This document shows, piece after piece, positions 24,019-35,795 of a DNA stretch of 64,000 bases. This DNA comes from Octopus sinensis (Eukaryota). The DNA is taken from the NCBI RefSeq assembly GCF_006345805.1, contig NC_043000.1, forward strand, positions 131,192,001 through 131,256,000. The letters run 5' to 3'. Below the pieces are notes generated by a model. That model had not been told where the DNA came from and did no database searches. It saw nothing but the letters and a program-made list of their open reading frames with translations. The translations under genes and the position numbers were made by a program. Position 1 is the stretch's first letter. Each line of letters begins with the position of its first letter.

Positions 24019-24427
24019 ACTTTCTCTCTCTCTCTCTCACTCTCTTTCTTTCTCTCTTATGTCCTCTCTGAAACATCACCACTCACTGTCTCATTCACTC
24101 TCTATCTCTTTATCTCTCACTCTCTCACTTTCTCTCTCATTCTCCCTTTCCCTCTCATTCTCTCTCTTATTTCCTCCCTATCTTCCTCTCTCTCTCTCTT
24201 TCTCTGCCACTTCTTTGGAGTAAGTGTAACGCACACAGCAGGTACGTACAAAAACAAAAAGTTAGCGTATTAATATTATTGATGATTATATTAATAATTG
24301 TTTCAAATTTTGGCACAAAGTCAGCAAATTCAAGGAAGTCTGTAAATCGACCTACATCGACCCCAATGTTCAACTGGTACTTATTTAATCGACACCAAAA
24401 GGATAAAAGGTAAAGTCGATCTCGGCG

Positions 24428-24466
<39 letters not shown>

Positions 24467-24480
24467 TGATGATAATAATG

Positions 24481-24533
<53 letters not shown>

Positions 24534-24534
<1 letters not shown>

Positions 24535-24990
24535 TCTGCTCAATACCACAGATTTGCTTGTCAGTTGTTTGACCTTAACCAGTTGAGCATGTCCCTTAGT
24601 GGCTGACGATATGTGCATCTCTGATCACGAGCAGAAGTAGTGGGGGATCATCACAGCCATGTGTTGAGAGGGATTCTTTGGGGTTTGAATAATTCACCTC
24701 TGGAAACATGGGTGGTTCTTTCAACATCCTTAAACAACCCTTATTCAGGGACCTTTTGAGCGGGATGGGCTACTCAACCTGAAGAAAATTCTAACTGGGC
24801 CCCACCTGCAAGGTCATGTGCTGTTTATCTTGATATGAGATCACCATGTCGCGCACATATGGTTGTGATGCATGTGCCTGGTGTACCCTTATCAGACGGG
24901 TAGTCATGATGGGTATATTGGGCTTCGTATATTTTACCCTAGTGTCACTTTGATGGCATACACTGCTCTCTCACTCAATAATAATAATAA
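24534..24990 (+). mobile_element. Family E (TAA)n-tailed retroposon; rearranged copies at 22270-22740
   Basis: High similarity between the two loci; flanked by TAA repeats. Confidence 0.7.
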
Positions 24991-25079
24991 TAATGGGAAC
25001 TGCTCATATCCTACGCAAAATACTTTCCGTGTAATCTCAAGTTTTAAAACAAACATAATTTTCTTATGGTTTCTTAAAC

Positions 25080-25310
25080 ATAGCAATGGCCCAGTGGTTA
25101 GGGCAGCGGACTTGCGGTCGGAGGATCGTGGTTTCGATTCCCAGACCGGGCGTTGTGTGTGTTTATTGAGCGAAAACACCTAAAAGCTCCACGAGGCTCC
25201 GGCAGGGGATGGTGGTGATCCCTGCTGTACTCTTTCACCACTCTAAAGGCGGTGCTCCAGCATGGCCGCAGTCAAATGACTGAAACAAGTACAAAAAAAA
25301 AAAAAAAATT
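25080..25310 (+). mobile_element. Chimera of a family D head and a family A tail with poly(A)
   Basis: D-type head to ~25243, then taaaggcggtgctccagcatggccgcagtc and A18. Confidence 0.75.
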
Positions 25311-25989
25311 CTCTAGAACAACACTATGTACAAAACCAAATATATGGCACAATAGGCATAACACCAACATGAACTTCCAACTTGTTGTCTCTTGAGGTCT
25401 CTGAGTGAGACTTGGAGCCAACTTGTACAAATGTAAAGCAAAAGTCAAACATAAAAGAAGAAGAAGAAGAAGAAGAAGAGGTATTATCTGCTACGGGTGC
25501 ATGAGATGAGGGGAGGAGCTTGCAATAGGGAATGCATAAAAGCTGAGGAGGTAATGAGGTAAAAGTAAACTTCAGGATATGTGGATAATATGCAGCTTAG
25601 GCCAATCAAAAACTGCCCCTCTCCCACAGATCCGGTAGTAGTAATAGTAGTAGTAGTAGTAGTAGTAGTAGTAAATGTTATTGTTCATGTAACCTATTGT
25701 TGTTGAAAGGAATTTATCCTGTGACGTGAAGAGCAACAATAGCTGGAAGTCATGTCAGTTGAACTATAAATGTGTGCACATATTTTCGTTTCTTCTATTA
25801 TTTAGTTCGAATGCATAGGCGTAGCCAGGATTTCAACCGGATAGAGGTGGGGTTGCCATGACGAAAATGAACCCATCTGTAGCTGTCTAACGAGCGAAAC
25901 ACACACGTACAAACACATACACGCACACACACACATTTAAAAGTGTGGACCTTATTCTATCGGTCTTTTTACAGAACCCCTAAATTACC

Positions 25990-27170
25990 TTGTGGGACAC
26001 AAAACTTAGGCAATCCCTAGATAAACACTCCATATCTGTAATACTGTACTGTAGGCATGTAGATGATGTCAATATTTTAGTAAGGACAATTCCACGACGT
26101 CGTGCCGAAAAAGACAAGAGAAATACAACAGAGAGCGTCCAACACATAGCTAACTCCATCCACCAGAGTATCGATAGACTACCCTACTAGGCACCCAAAC
26201 AATAGACTCCCTGTCCTCGATACTGAAATTTGGTAAGAGACTACAAACAACAACTGTTCCACTCCTATTATACGAAACCCATAGTTTTCAACTATGTTAT
26301 TCACAAGAACTCAGCTTTGTCACACAGTGTATAGATTAGCATAATAATTACGAGTTTAGTGAGGATAATGAATAAAGGTTCTCTGCTATACGAACCCAAT
26401 GAAATAAAGAGACATGCACAGGACTTCATGCACCGCATTCAGTTCTCTAACTACAACTAGAAAGATAGGGTTAGAGTGCACAGGGAGCTAGGAAGAAGTT
26501 AGATAATATCATATATAAGGACGCCAGTGGAACTAGATACTGGGGCAAGTTATAGAATAGAATGTAGAGAATTTGTGACAAAGCAAACGGAATAAACACG
26601 TGGTACAAGACAGGTAAATTTCAAGAGGTGATGTTTGTAGAGGCTACACCGAATGGTGAGCCATCCTGCAGGTTTAGGAAGGCTCTGAAGAACACTAAAC
26701 CCAACATCTAGATCGTAAAGAAACCTGGGAGGTCCATCAGATCACAATTATGTAAGACACATTCCCTTCAATAAAGCCACATATGCAGGTAGGAACTGCG
26801 TTGTATGTACCTTTAACCCCAGTGTTAACAGTAAGACTTGGAATGTGGTTTACAGCATAAAGTGCATTGAGGGGGATTGCAAGAACCGGAATACAGCATG
26901 CTTTTAGGAGACTTCATGAAGTTTAGAGAAGAAACTAAATAGACACTGGCGGGAGTATTATGATGGGATACAGACGTATACATTCTATCAGCACGTCAAC
27001 GATCAACACGACGGTGTAGCAGGAATATTCAGCAATCACCCGATACCATGAATCGCTAGAATATTGCCCACGTGATCAACAAAATCTGACCAGTCACGAC
27101 TTTGCGTCGAATAGGCTCTATAGTGATGTCAGGGTTACCATCTTACAGTGGTAATGTCGATTAAATGACA
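25990..27170 (+). mobile_element. Decayed Penelope-like element (RT C motif to GIY-YIG), many stops
   Basis: YCRHVDDVNIL, RLPVLDTEIW, NVVYSIKC, GETS-like and HVNDQHDG motifs across broken frames. Confidence 0.7.
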
Positions 27171-27200
27171 CACTATGATTTAATGAGCATGAGAGAAAGA

Positions 27201-27719
27201 GGGGTCACCATTTTGTACGTAACAACAAGAAAATAGATATTCGCGAGACGTTTGTAATAAGTCATAACATATTTACTACTGGAGGTAATGCGTTAACATA
27301 TGAGGTTAACTGAAGGAAAGCTTATAACATTACATGAATATGTTCTGTTTGCAGTCACATGTCTCCAAGTAAGTGAGGTGAATGTGCGCGAGCTGGTGTG
27401 TAAATGTGGTGGCTTGACCCAATACATATCGAAGAATCAACAGGCATTGAAAGGTGCGAATTAAGAAATTCCTTCCTTTATATAAGAGATGAACCAAAAG
27501 TCCCCGACTTCCATGTAAACCGGAAGCTTCCAGAATGCTCGAGAATTTTCTAGAAGCTCGAGGGAGATTACTCTCGTTAAATCCCTTTTCCGTTTTGCTT
27601 CCTAACGTGTCCGCTAGAGTTTACTACAGCTCTAACAATGATTTTTTTTTTGTCTTTTGGCGCGCTTCGTTCTGAGACTTTCGAGCAGTATAAAGTTAGT
27701 ACGTCATAAATACTAAACA
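27201..27719 (-). mobile_element. LTR with a truncated tRNA-Trp primer-binding site (probably Ty3/Gypsy or BEL)
   Basis: Ends ...GTACA-aaa-TGGTGACCCC; internal ttctagaa motif followed by tatataaagg; 5' boundary (TGT) is tentative. Confidence 0.5.
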
Positions 27720-27774
27720 GAGAGCTTTGGCATAGAGCAGAGAAAGCATTGACAGACACTGTTAGGAGTTAACC

Positions 27775-29310
27775 GACAAGAACAGCGGACAGCAGCTGAC
27801 AGCACAAAGGCAATGGACAGTTACTAGCCTTGAATAACTGCATTCCAGCTAGAACATCTTCAAATGGTATAAATGCTAATGAGTCAATCTGTCCACAGAA
27901 CGGACGAAAGTCCTCACTCTCGTTGTGGTGGTTGGTGAGGACAAGGTCCTGTATTTTTCTCCAGATACTCAGAGTCAGGTGGTAGAAACAACTTTGTGTG
28001 AGTGTTTCTGGTCCAAAAACATTGTTGATAGCTTGGATGATTGCCTACTCGAAGTCAACAATTATGATGGTTGTTGGGTTTAGGAAGAGTTCAATCTCGT
28101 GGCAACGATCCATGTATCTTGTGTTTTAATCTAAGGACAAGCAAAAACAATAGAAACTGCAGTATTACTAATTGGGACGCGTATTACATAAAGCTGTAGA
28201 AAGCCTAGTGGAGCCATCCATCAGCCATGTATCAGCAGAAGCAAATAACCGCAGTGATTCATTAGAACCAAACGCAATGATGCAGTTGTCGGTGTCTGGT
28301 CCATTATCGAAGAACAAAAATGGTTTGGGTTCGGGAGCTGTAGTAGTTGTCCATTCTCCAGTAAGTTTCAGATCCTTGAGTCTTTCTGGTACTTGTGGAT
28401 AGAGTTTTCATCTTTGGTTACGCTAAGTTCTCCTTATGATGTCCTCATTCGGAAGTAACGCCTTTCCTTCGGTTGATAAGTCATCCAGGTTATTGCTGTA
28501 AATCTGGTTGGGTTTATCTTCTGTTTCTGCTGTTTTTCTCTTCATGTTGTTGACGCATTTTGTGGCTGAAGTAGCTGCAGAACCAGGAGCGTGGTTGTGG
28601 TCATTAGCTGATACAGGATCAGTCCCCTTCCTTCTCGAGCCAAGTCTGACTCATAAGGGCCGGTTTCCCGGTTTCCTTGGCGTATAGGTCCCCCACCTGG
28701 ATGGGACACCGGTCCGTCGCAGGTAAGCTGCAAGATGCAGGAGGAAAGAGTGAGAGAAAGTTGTGGCGAAAGAGTCAGCAGAAGTTCGCCATTACCTTCT
28801 GCCGGAGCCGCACGGAGCTTAGGTGCTTCGCTCATAAACACACATATCACTCGGTCTGAGATTCGAACCTGCGATCCCTCGACCGCGAGTCCGCTGCTCT
28901 AACCACTAGGCCATGTGCCTTCACAACAGGATCAGTTATATCAAGGTTGGTGGTTATGGTGCCTTTACAAAAAGATGTTCACTTAACACATCTCCATCTG
29001 ATTGTAGTTGATCTTCCAATCTGTTTTGTGTACATGCGTCTTTGGAAGCAAATCTCTTTTCCTTTATTACTCGCTATGACTTCCATGATGGGGTTATGGT
29101 AGAGACACTGAGATAAATAGTACCCAGAGTTACTGATTTCGTATTTATTTTGTTAAGGAGTCATTGGGACAGCTTAATGTACGTTCCAAAGTTCATCAAG
29201 TTGTCCCAGTATACGTTCCAAAGTTCTGGATGAAATCTTGCTTATTGTGCTATTTTTACCGTGCCATTTTTACCTGTGCCATTTTTACCGTGCTATTTTT
29301 ACCTAAATTC
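27775..29310 (-). mobile_element. Decayed Mutator-like (MULE) transposon: FLYWCH finger plus MULE transposase, SINE-interrupted
   Basis: ATG at 29086: MEVIASNKG...MYTK...IRWRCVK...CKG...HNHAP; then TWLMDG, QLYVI, IIVDFE, SCFYHLT.SIWRKIQ, SLAFIP.EDV; tandem GGTAAAAATGGCAC subterminal repeats at 29255-29305. Confidence 0.85.
28624..28925 (-). mobile_element. SINE family D (tRNA-Arg-like head) with 11-bp TSD acaggatcagt
   Basis: TSD at 28613-28623 and 28926-28936; inserted in the MULE ORF. Confidence 0.9.
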
Positions 29311-29320
29311 AGATATATAC

Positions 29321-29351
<31 letters not shown>

Positions 29352-29428
29352 TGTATGTATGTATGTATGTATGTATTATGTCAGGTCACTTTCTAGTGCA
29401 ACAGGTAACATGTAACCCAGTACAACCT

Positions 29429-29659
29429 ATTTCTTTATTACCCACAAGGGGCTGAACATAGAGGGGACAAACATGGACAGACATAGGTATTAAGTCGATT
29501 ATATCGACCCCAGTGCTTAACTGGTACTTAATTTATCGACCTCGAAAGGATGAAAGGCAAAGTCGACCTCGGCGGAATTTGAACTCACAACGTAACGGCA
29601 GACGAAATACCGCTAAGCATTTCGCCCGACGTGCTAACGATTCTGCTAGCTCGCCGCCT
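29429..29659 (-). mobile_element. SINE family B with 18-bp TSD
   Basis: tgtaacccagtacaacct at 29411-29428 and 29669-29686. Confidence 0.92.
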
Positions 29660-30379
29660 TTATCGGGTTGTAACCCAGTACAACCTGTTGCATGGTCGGG
29701 CCGTCGGCGACTAAACCGGCAACCCCACCAAGCTTGCTTGGTGAAGATGGTGGTTATTGGACACCCTGCGGGATGAAAAACAAAACCCGTCAAAGGGCGT
29801 AGGAACTCTTGAGAGGCAACGGCCATCCGATAAATGTGTATTTTTTCTTTCTCTTACGGCTTAAGGCTGTATCATGCACGGGGACATAGAAATAATCGGA
29901 CTGAATACCCGATCGCGCGGTTAAACCGTTGGGAGTGAAGGACTCCTAGCCTTTGTTAGGGCATCCTTCTAGGAGAAGGTAACTCAGGTAACTGGGATAA
30001 CTCCGACATAAAACCTGCGGCTCAGTGGTTACCGATGATGTTGACTTGTTCTTCTTTTCGGATTATGGCTGCTGTTGCTTAGTGAGTGGGATTGACTCAG
30101 TGCACAGCCTTTCTTCACTTTAAAAAAATCTTCTTGCACAGGCATTGCACGATAACAACATTGTTCATGATTGTTGATGGTGCTGTGAGTCTCAACTGAA
30201 TGGCTGGCTGTAGCCTTAAAAAGCAAATAAAAGTCACATTCGATCACAGCACCAATAACAGTTAAGCTTCGTGCAATGGCCATACTCGATAACGAGGGGG
30301 CAGCCATCATGTATTATGTATGTATGCGTGTATGTATGTACATGGAGATACACGCATACATTCACACACATCTTTCTTT

Positions 30380-30782
30380 TTTTACCTTTTTACTTTTTTC
30401 AGTCATTAGACTGCAATCATGCTGGAGCATCGCCTTGAAATTTTTAATCGAATGAATCGACCCCAGCACTTATTTGTGAAGCCTGGTACTTATTCCATCG
30501 GCCACTTTTACCGAACCGCCAAGTTACGGGGACGTAAATACCCCAACACCCGTTATCAAGTGGTGATGGTGGGGGGACAAATACAAACACACACATAGAT
30601 ATATATACATATATACAAGAGGGGATTATTTCAGTTTCCGTCTGTCAAATTCACTCACAAAGCTTTGGTCAGCCTGAAGATATAGTAGAAGACACTTGCC
30701 CAAGGTACCACGCAGTGGGACTGAACCTGAAACCATATGCTTGGGAAGTAAGATTCTCACCACAGCCACTCTTGCGCCTACT
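30380..30782 (-). mobile_element. SINE family A
   Basis: Diverged full-length match. Confidence 0.85.
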
Positions 30783-30791
30783 TATATACTA

Positions 30792-31433
30792 CTAGCAGTT
30801 AAGCCCGGTTTCACCCGGTCTTTTTGGAGGATATGGCTGTTATCGTTTTTGGTTATATAACAGTGTTTCTCAACCTTTTCATTTCGGTTCCCCTGTTTCA
30901 AATGGAGCCTTCCTGACACCCCCACCTTGTCAGAAAACAGCTTCAGGAGTGAAGAATGAATTTGTACGTAGTCTGTTTCTGAGAGCTATTCTATTGGACT
31001 TCTGTCTTATCATTAAAACATTGATTTATGAACAAAGAAAGAAATTATACATTAATCCCTATTTTTGTAAGCAGTTGTATCTATAGAAATTTTATTTGCA
31101 GAGAGCAATTGAAAGAAGATATATAAAATGAACGTGTGTGTGTGTATGTGTGTGGGGATGGGGATGCGCGTGCGCGTGTGTGTGTGAGAGAGAAAGAGAG
31201 TGAGAAAGAGAGAGAGTGAGTGAGTGAAGGTGTGTGTCGTGATGATTGACGTATTTGTACGTAGTCTGTTTCTGAGAGCTATTGTAGTGGACCTCTGTCT
31301 AATCATTAATACATTCATTTAATTATGAACATGGAAAGAAATTATACATCAATCCCTATTTTTGTAAGCAGTTGTATCCGTAAAAATTTTATTTGCAGAG
31401 AGCAGAAATTGAAAGAAGATATATGAAATGGAC

Positions 31434-31493
<60 letters not shown>

Positions 31494-32038
31494 TTATGAT
31501 AGTTGATTTATGGAAAAGGTTATGTTAAATTTTTGAAATGCAAGTATGTGAATGAAAATTAAGTTCAGACCTCTACATGGTACCTAGATCTGGTAGAAAT
31601 AGCGGCCAAATCTCCCTCAAAGCACCCTACTGTCTTAATCCGACAATTCTGCCTATGATATAGTTTGAATGAGAAACTGTAACTAAAGATTAAGATTATT
31701 AACCCCACAAAGATGTGAAAAAAGAGAGACAGCATAGCGAAAGTTTTGCCTGACTGTCATCCTGTACTCCCCTTGTTGCTAGCGAAATGGTATATGCTGG
31801 CAGTATGAGCAACTGGTTGTTTTAATGGCGAAACAAACAAGAGAATTCCATTACAAAAAGCTTTAATCGATTTTCTCGATAATTCCGGGGGCTATGAAAA
31901 AATACACACCGCATTCCAATCTATACACCCGTCTCCACAGGTGTGCCATTTTTCAGGCGAATCCACTCAGCCGTTTGGCTGTGAACCTCAAGACAAGAAA
32001 GAATACAACAATCGCCCACGTCTAATTTATATTCTAGA
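30792..32038 (-). mobile_element. Non-autonomous Helitron, family H2, long copy with internal duplication
   Basis: TC start, ccgggtgaaaccgggc hairpin, CTAG end; ends shared with 32039-32450. Confidence 0.85.
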
Positions 32039-32450
32039 CTAGCAGCTAAGCCCGGTTTCACCCGGTCTGTTTGGATGATGTGGCTGTGATCGTTTTCGGT
32101 TAGGCATAATCTATAACAGCGTTTGTCAACCTTATCATTTCAGGTCCCCTATTTAGATTGGGGCCTCCAGCTATATGAAAATTTCCTGACCCCACCCCGT
32201 CAGAAAACAGCTCCTAAGCAACTGGTTGTTTTAATGGCAAAAGAAAGAGGGAAATTCCATTAGAAAAGTTTTAATCGATTTTCTCGGTAAGTATGGGGGG
32301 GGGTAGGGAAAAAATACAAACTGCATTCCAATCTATGCACCTGTCTCCACATGTGTGCCATTTTTCATGCAAATCCACCCGGCCGTTTGGCTGTGAACCT
32401 CAAGACAAGAAAGACTACAACGATCGCCCATGTCCAATTTATATTATAGA
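32039..32450 (-). mobile_element. Non-autonomous Helitron, family H2, short copy
   Basis: Same termini as 30792-32038. Confidence 0.88.
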
Positions 32451-32842
32451 CTAGCAGTATCGCCCGGCGTTGCTCGGTTTTGTAAGGGAAATAACTATAT
32501 AAGCATTTTTAGAGATGTAACGTATAATAGCCATCTCAATAAGGCTAACCACAAAGGGAGGGGGGTTGTAGCTTTTTACGTTCTGAGATTTAATAATAAA
32601 TTTTTAGAGAGTTACTTCCCTTATATATGCCAAAAATGCATTAAAAATGGAAAAAATTATGGTAAATTTTTTTAAAATCGTAGACTCATCGTAGACGCGC
32701 GCTAATATCCAGAAGGGCTCGATATGAATCACGACTATAAGATACTCGGTTTTGGTTAAACTGCACCGCAAAATGTGGGAGTAGTTAGGAATCTAAATCG
32801 TAGGAGACAGACAGCACACAACCTTACTTTTATATATAAAGA
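32451..32842 (-). mobile_element. Non-autonomous Helitron, family H1
   Basis: Same termini and core as 15841-16357 and 48633-48959. Confidence 0.9.
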
Positions 32843-32922
32843 TTACATAAACGCAACTCTGTGCAAAGTAACATTTGCTTTTCTGTCCATTTTATTTAAA
32901 TTCTGCCACCAGGAAATTGATA

Positions 32923-32954
<32 letters not shown>

Positions 32955-33539
32955 AATTGTATTGCTGCTAGGGATATAGTTCAAATTTCTCTTATAAAAT
33001 GACATAACACGATGAGTATGCCTATTTGTGTGCACACTCAAAAGAGTATACATATGTATATGTCTTTGTCTATGTTTGTGGAGAAGGGTGTATAAATACA
33101 AATGTTACGTGTGTTTTAGCGCGGATGGGAATGTTTGAATAGTATGATAGGAGGTTTATCATTAAATCTTTCCTGAAATGAGTTTCCGTTTTATTTTCAC
33201 AGGTGTTATTTTGCACACGGAATCTTTGTATTCAATCCTTTGAGATTTTGAAACTTCAGTTTTAATAAATGTAATGAATGTAGTAATCCTATTGTGTGAT
33301 GTCACATATCCATACGTACAAACACGCACAAGATTAAACATACACCCAAATGATTTATACATTGCATTTGTGTATATAGTTGTATAATTGTGCACGTATG
33401 TGTTTGTAGCTGCAGGTATATTTGCAAGTATGTACTTAGTTATCAGAATAACAGTTACAGTCCATTATCCTGGCTACACTGTGTGTGTATGTGTGTATTT
33501 GTGTATCATCATCATCATCATTATAATGTATATGTGTGT

Positions 33540-33733
33540 GTGTGTGTACCATAGTAAGCACATAAATGTGAAATAAGGTGGAGAAAATAGTACTCAAATA
33601 CCGGAGGTAGAGTAATATGCTTTATTAGTAAAGCTGCAAAGACATCACAAAAACTAGACAAAATCTGTCCGATGAATGGGAATGTGAAACTCTGAGTAAC
33701 AGTTTCTGTGATGTCTTTGCAGCTTTATTAATA

Positions 33734-33736
<3 letters not shown>
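33540..33736. mobile_element. PLE-derived mini-element with 35-bp inverted arms (33621-33655 / 33701-33735)
   Basis: Arms differ at 2 positions, enclose the hammerhead and lie between (TG)n tracts. Confidence 0.6.
33665..33702 (+). ncRNA. Minimal hammerhead (CCGATGA core) in a PLE-derived mini-element
   Basis: ctgt-CCGATGA-atg[ggaa]tgt-GAAA-ctc[t]gag-TA-acag. Stem II is weakened by apparent CpG decay. Confidence 0.6.
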
Positions 33737-33767
<31 letters not shown>

Positions 33768-33839
33768 TCAATCCAAACATGAACAAGCAAGAAAAAGCAA
33801 CAACGCAAGTGTTATTGGCCACTCAGGAAAAGAAAGAGG

Positions 33840-33874
33840 ATTTCACATTTCGAGCACAGCTCTTCATCAGAAAT
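33840..33874 (-). ncRNA. Decayed minimal hammerhead (CTGATGA-A-GAGC[tgt]GCTC-GAAA)
   Basis: Canonical core and perfect stem II, but the cleavage triplet reads GUG and stem III is mutated. Confidence 0.45.
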
Positions 33875-34289
33875 ATAGAAAAAGTCCAAAAAGGGAAGAC
33901 GGAGAAAGAAAATCGCCAACGATACACACAATACAAATCAGTTAGAGGTTATGTTTGCCTCATGAAGGACTGGTGCCATCCAAGGAAATACTAGTTCAAT
34001 ATCTAATATTTCGTGGGGAATTGATTTCATTAAAATAATAGGTTTGCATATAAACAGTAGTTTATATTCATACAAAGGAAAAAGTAGAAAATGCAGACTT
34101 TGAAGTTAGTAAGAGTTTACTATCAGCAACAAATCGATCATTATGCCTTACAGCTGTTTCAATTATATACAGTGAAATTTATCAAATATTAAATTCATAT
34201 TTCTGAGCATAACCTTTTCAGAGGGAAAAAATATACCCTTAGATAATAAACTCTTATCAACTTCAAAATCTCAATTTTCCTTTTTCCTA

Positions 34290-34320
34290 TATGTATGTAT
34301 ATATGTATATATATATATTG

Positions 34321-34389
<69 letters not shown>

Positions 34390-34402
34390 CATACATACAT
34401 AT

Positions 34403-34460
<58 letters not shown>
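34290..34460. repeat. (TA)n microsatellite
   Basis: Directly visible. Confidence 0.98.
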
Positions 34461-34463
<3 letters not shown>

Positions 34464-34474
34464 TTATGTATATA

Positions 34475-34640
34475 TATTGCTTCTCTCCTTTTGTTTTTTT
34501 CTGTGTCCCCTTTCTGTAGAAGAGCGTAGGCCCGAAACGTAAAAGACTTTTTCTATTCCTGAGCGTTATACTAATACATCTGTTTGTTTTGTACAGCACC
34601 TGTCTTCGTCTTTTGTTTTTTTCATAAACTCTCCCTATAT
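34475..34640 (+). mobile_element. Short PLE pLTR-like element inside a (TA)n tract
   Basis: Contains a mini-hammerhead, is related to 33750-33930 (-) and 38090-38197, and has TA repeats on both sides. Confidence 0.5.
34510..34545 (+). ncRNA. Minimal hammerhead variant (CTGTAGA core, ACGT stem III, GUA)
   Basis: cttt-CTGTAGA-a-gagc[gtag]gccc-GAAA-cg-TA-aaag. Confidence 0.5.
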
Positions 34641-34658
34641 ATATGTGTGTGTGTGTGT

Positions 34659-34700
<42 letters not shown>

Positions 34701-35178
34701 GATGTATGTATGTATGTATAATTACATACATAATTATAACAAGGGATCGGCTTTATGCCTCACCACGCACTGCAAGAAATGGACGCTAAAGCCCCTACTA
34801 CCACCTTAAAATCTCCAAGAATAACACACTATATTGTAGGTGAGCAAAATAAAAAATAATCAACAAGGCTGGTTAACTGCGTACAAGATCATGTCTCAAG
34901 CTTAAAATAAAAATATTTTACTTACTGCTCTCATCAGCGACAGTATTCCAAAGCATAAGTTTACAAGTATCTCAAAATATGCATGCGATCGGCGACATCG
35001 CATGACCAATATCCATCCAGACTCGTAAAAATATACTGCCAAGTAGAATTCACACCTTTCTTTTATATACCCACATGTAGTGTGTTAAGATCTGAGAGCA
35101 GTAAGTAAAATATTTTAATTTTAAGCTTGAAACCCGATCTTGCACGCAGCTAACCAACCTTGTTGATTTATTATTTTA

Positions 35179-35258
<80 letters not shown>

Positions 35259-35408
35259 CAGAGAGAGAAAATGAAAACGGAGAAATTGAGATATAGACAT
35301 CAATTTATGATAACATATTTAATTCCAAACAAAAACAAACTCTTAGCACCTATAGCTGTTTCCATGCCCAATTAATTCAATTTGAGAAACTAAAATAGAT
35401 TCAATTAA

Positions 35409-35795
35409 ATTGTGTGAAAAGTCTGGCTGCATACACGTTAGCATATATATGTCAGGTGCATACAATTGACAACATAGTTAATTAAGATTTATTCAGTCAG
35501 TTCTATTCAACACAGGTTTACACGTGGAATTAGCAGAATCATTATTAACTTTAGTTTTGGCCGATAAAGTTGAACTGAAAAACCCTACAACGAGGCATGA
35601 ATTGCACAAAGCCGTCTTGCAGTCTTGGGAAGAGCTATCTGAGCGGAAAATTCGTGTATGTATTCAACATCAAACTCGTGTTCGGCGTCAAATAGTTGAT
35701 TGTCGTGGTGGTAACAGATTCGTGTAATAAATTTTGGGTTTATTTTTGTTTCATAATATATATTTTTTCGGATGCAGTCAGACTTTTCACACAGA
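35409..35795 (+). mobile_element. Tc1-like internally deleted element
   Basis: TIRs tgtgtgaaaagtctggctgcat / atgcagtcagacttttcacaca; residual C-terminal peptide SWEEL...IVDCRGG. Confidence 0.7.

Noticed and set aside
28850-28920. tRNA-Arg(TCG)-like sequence (also 47605-47670 and 25083-25150)
   Set aside because: No acceptor stem closure, and it continues into a shared SINE body; these are SINE heads, not tRNA genes.
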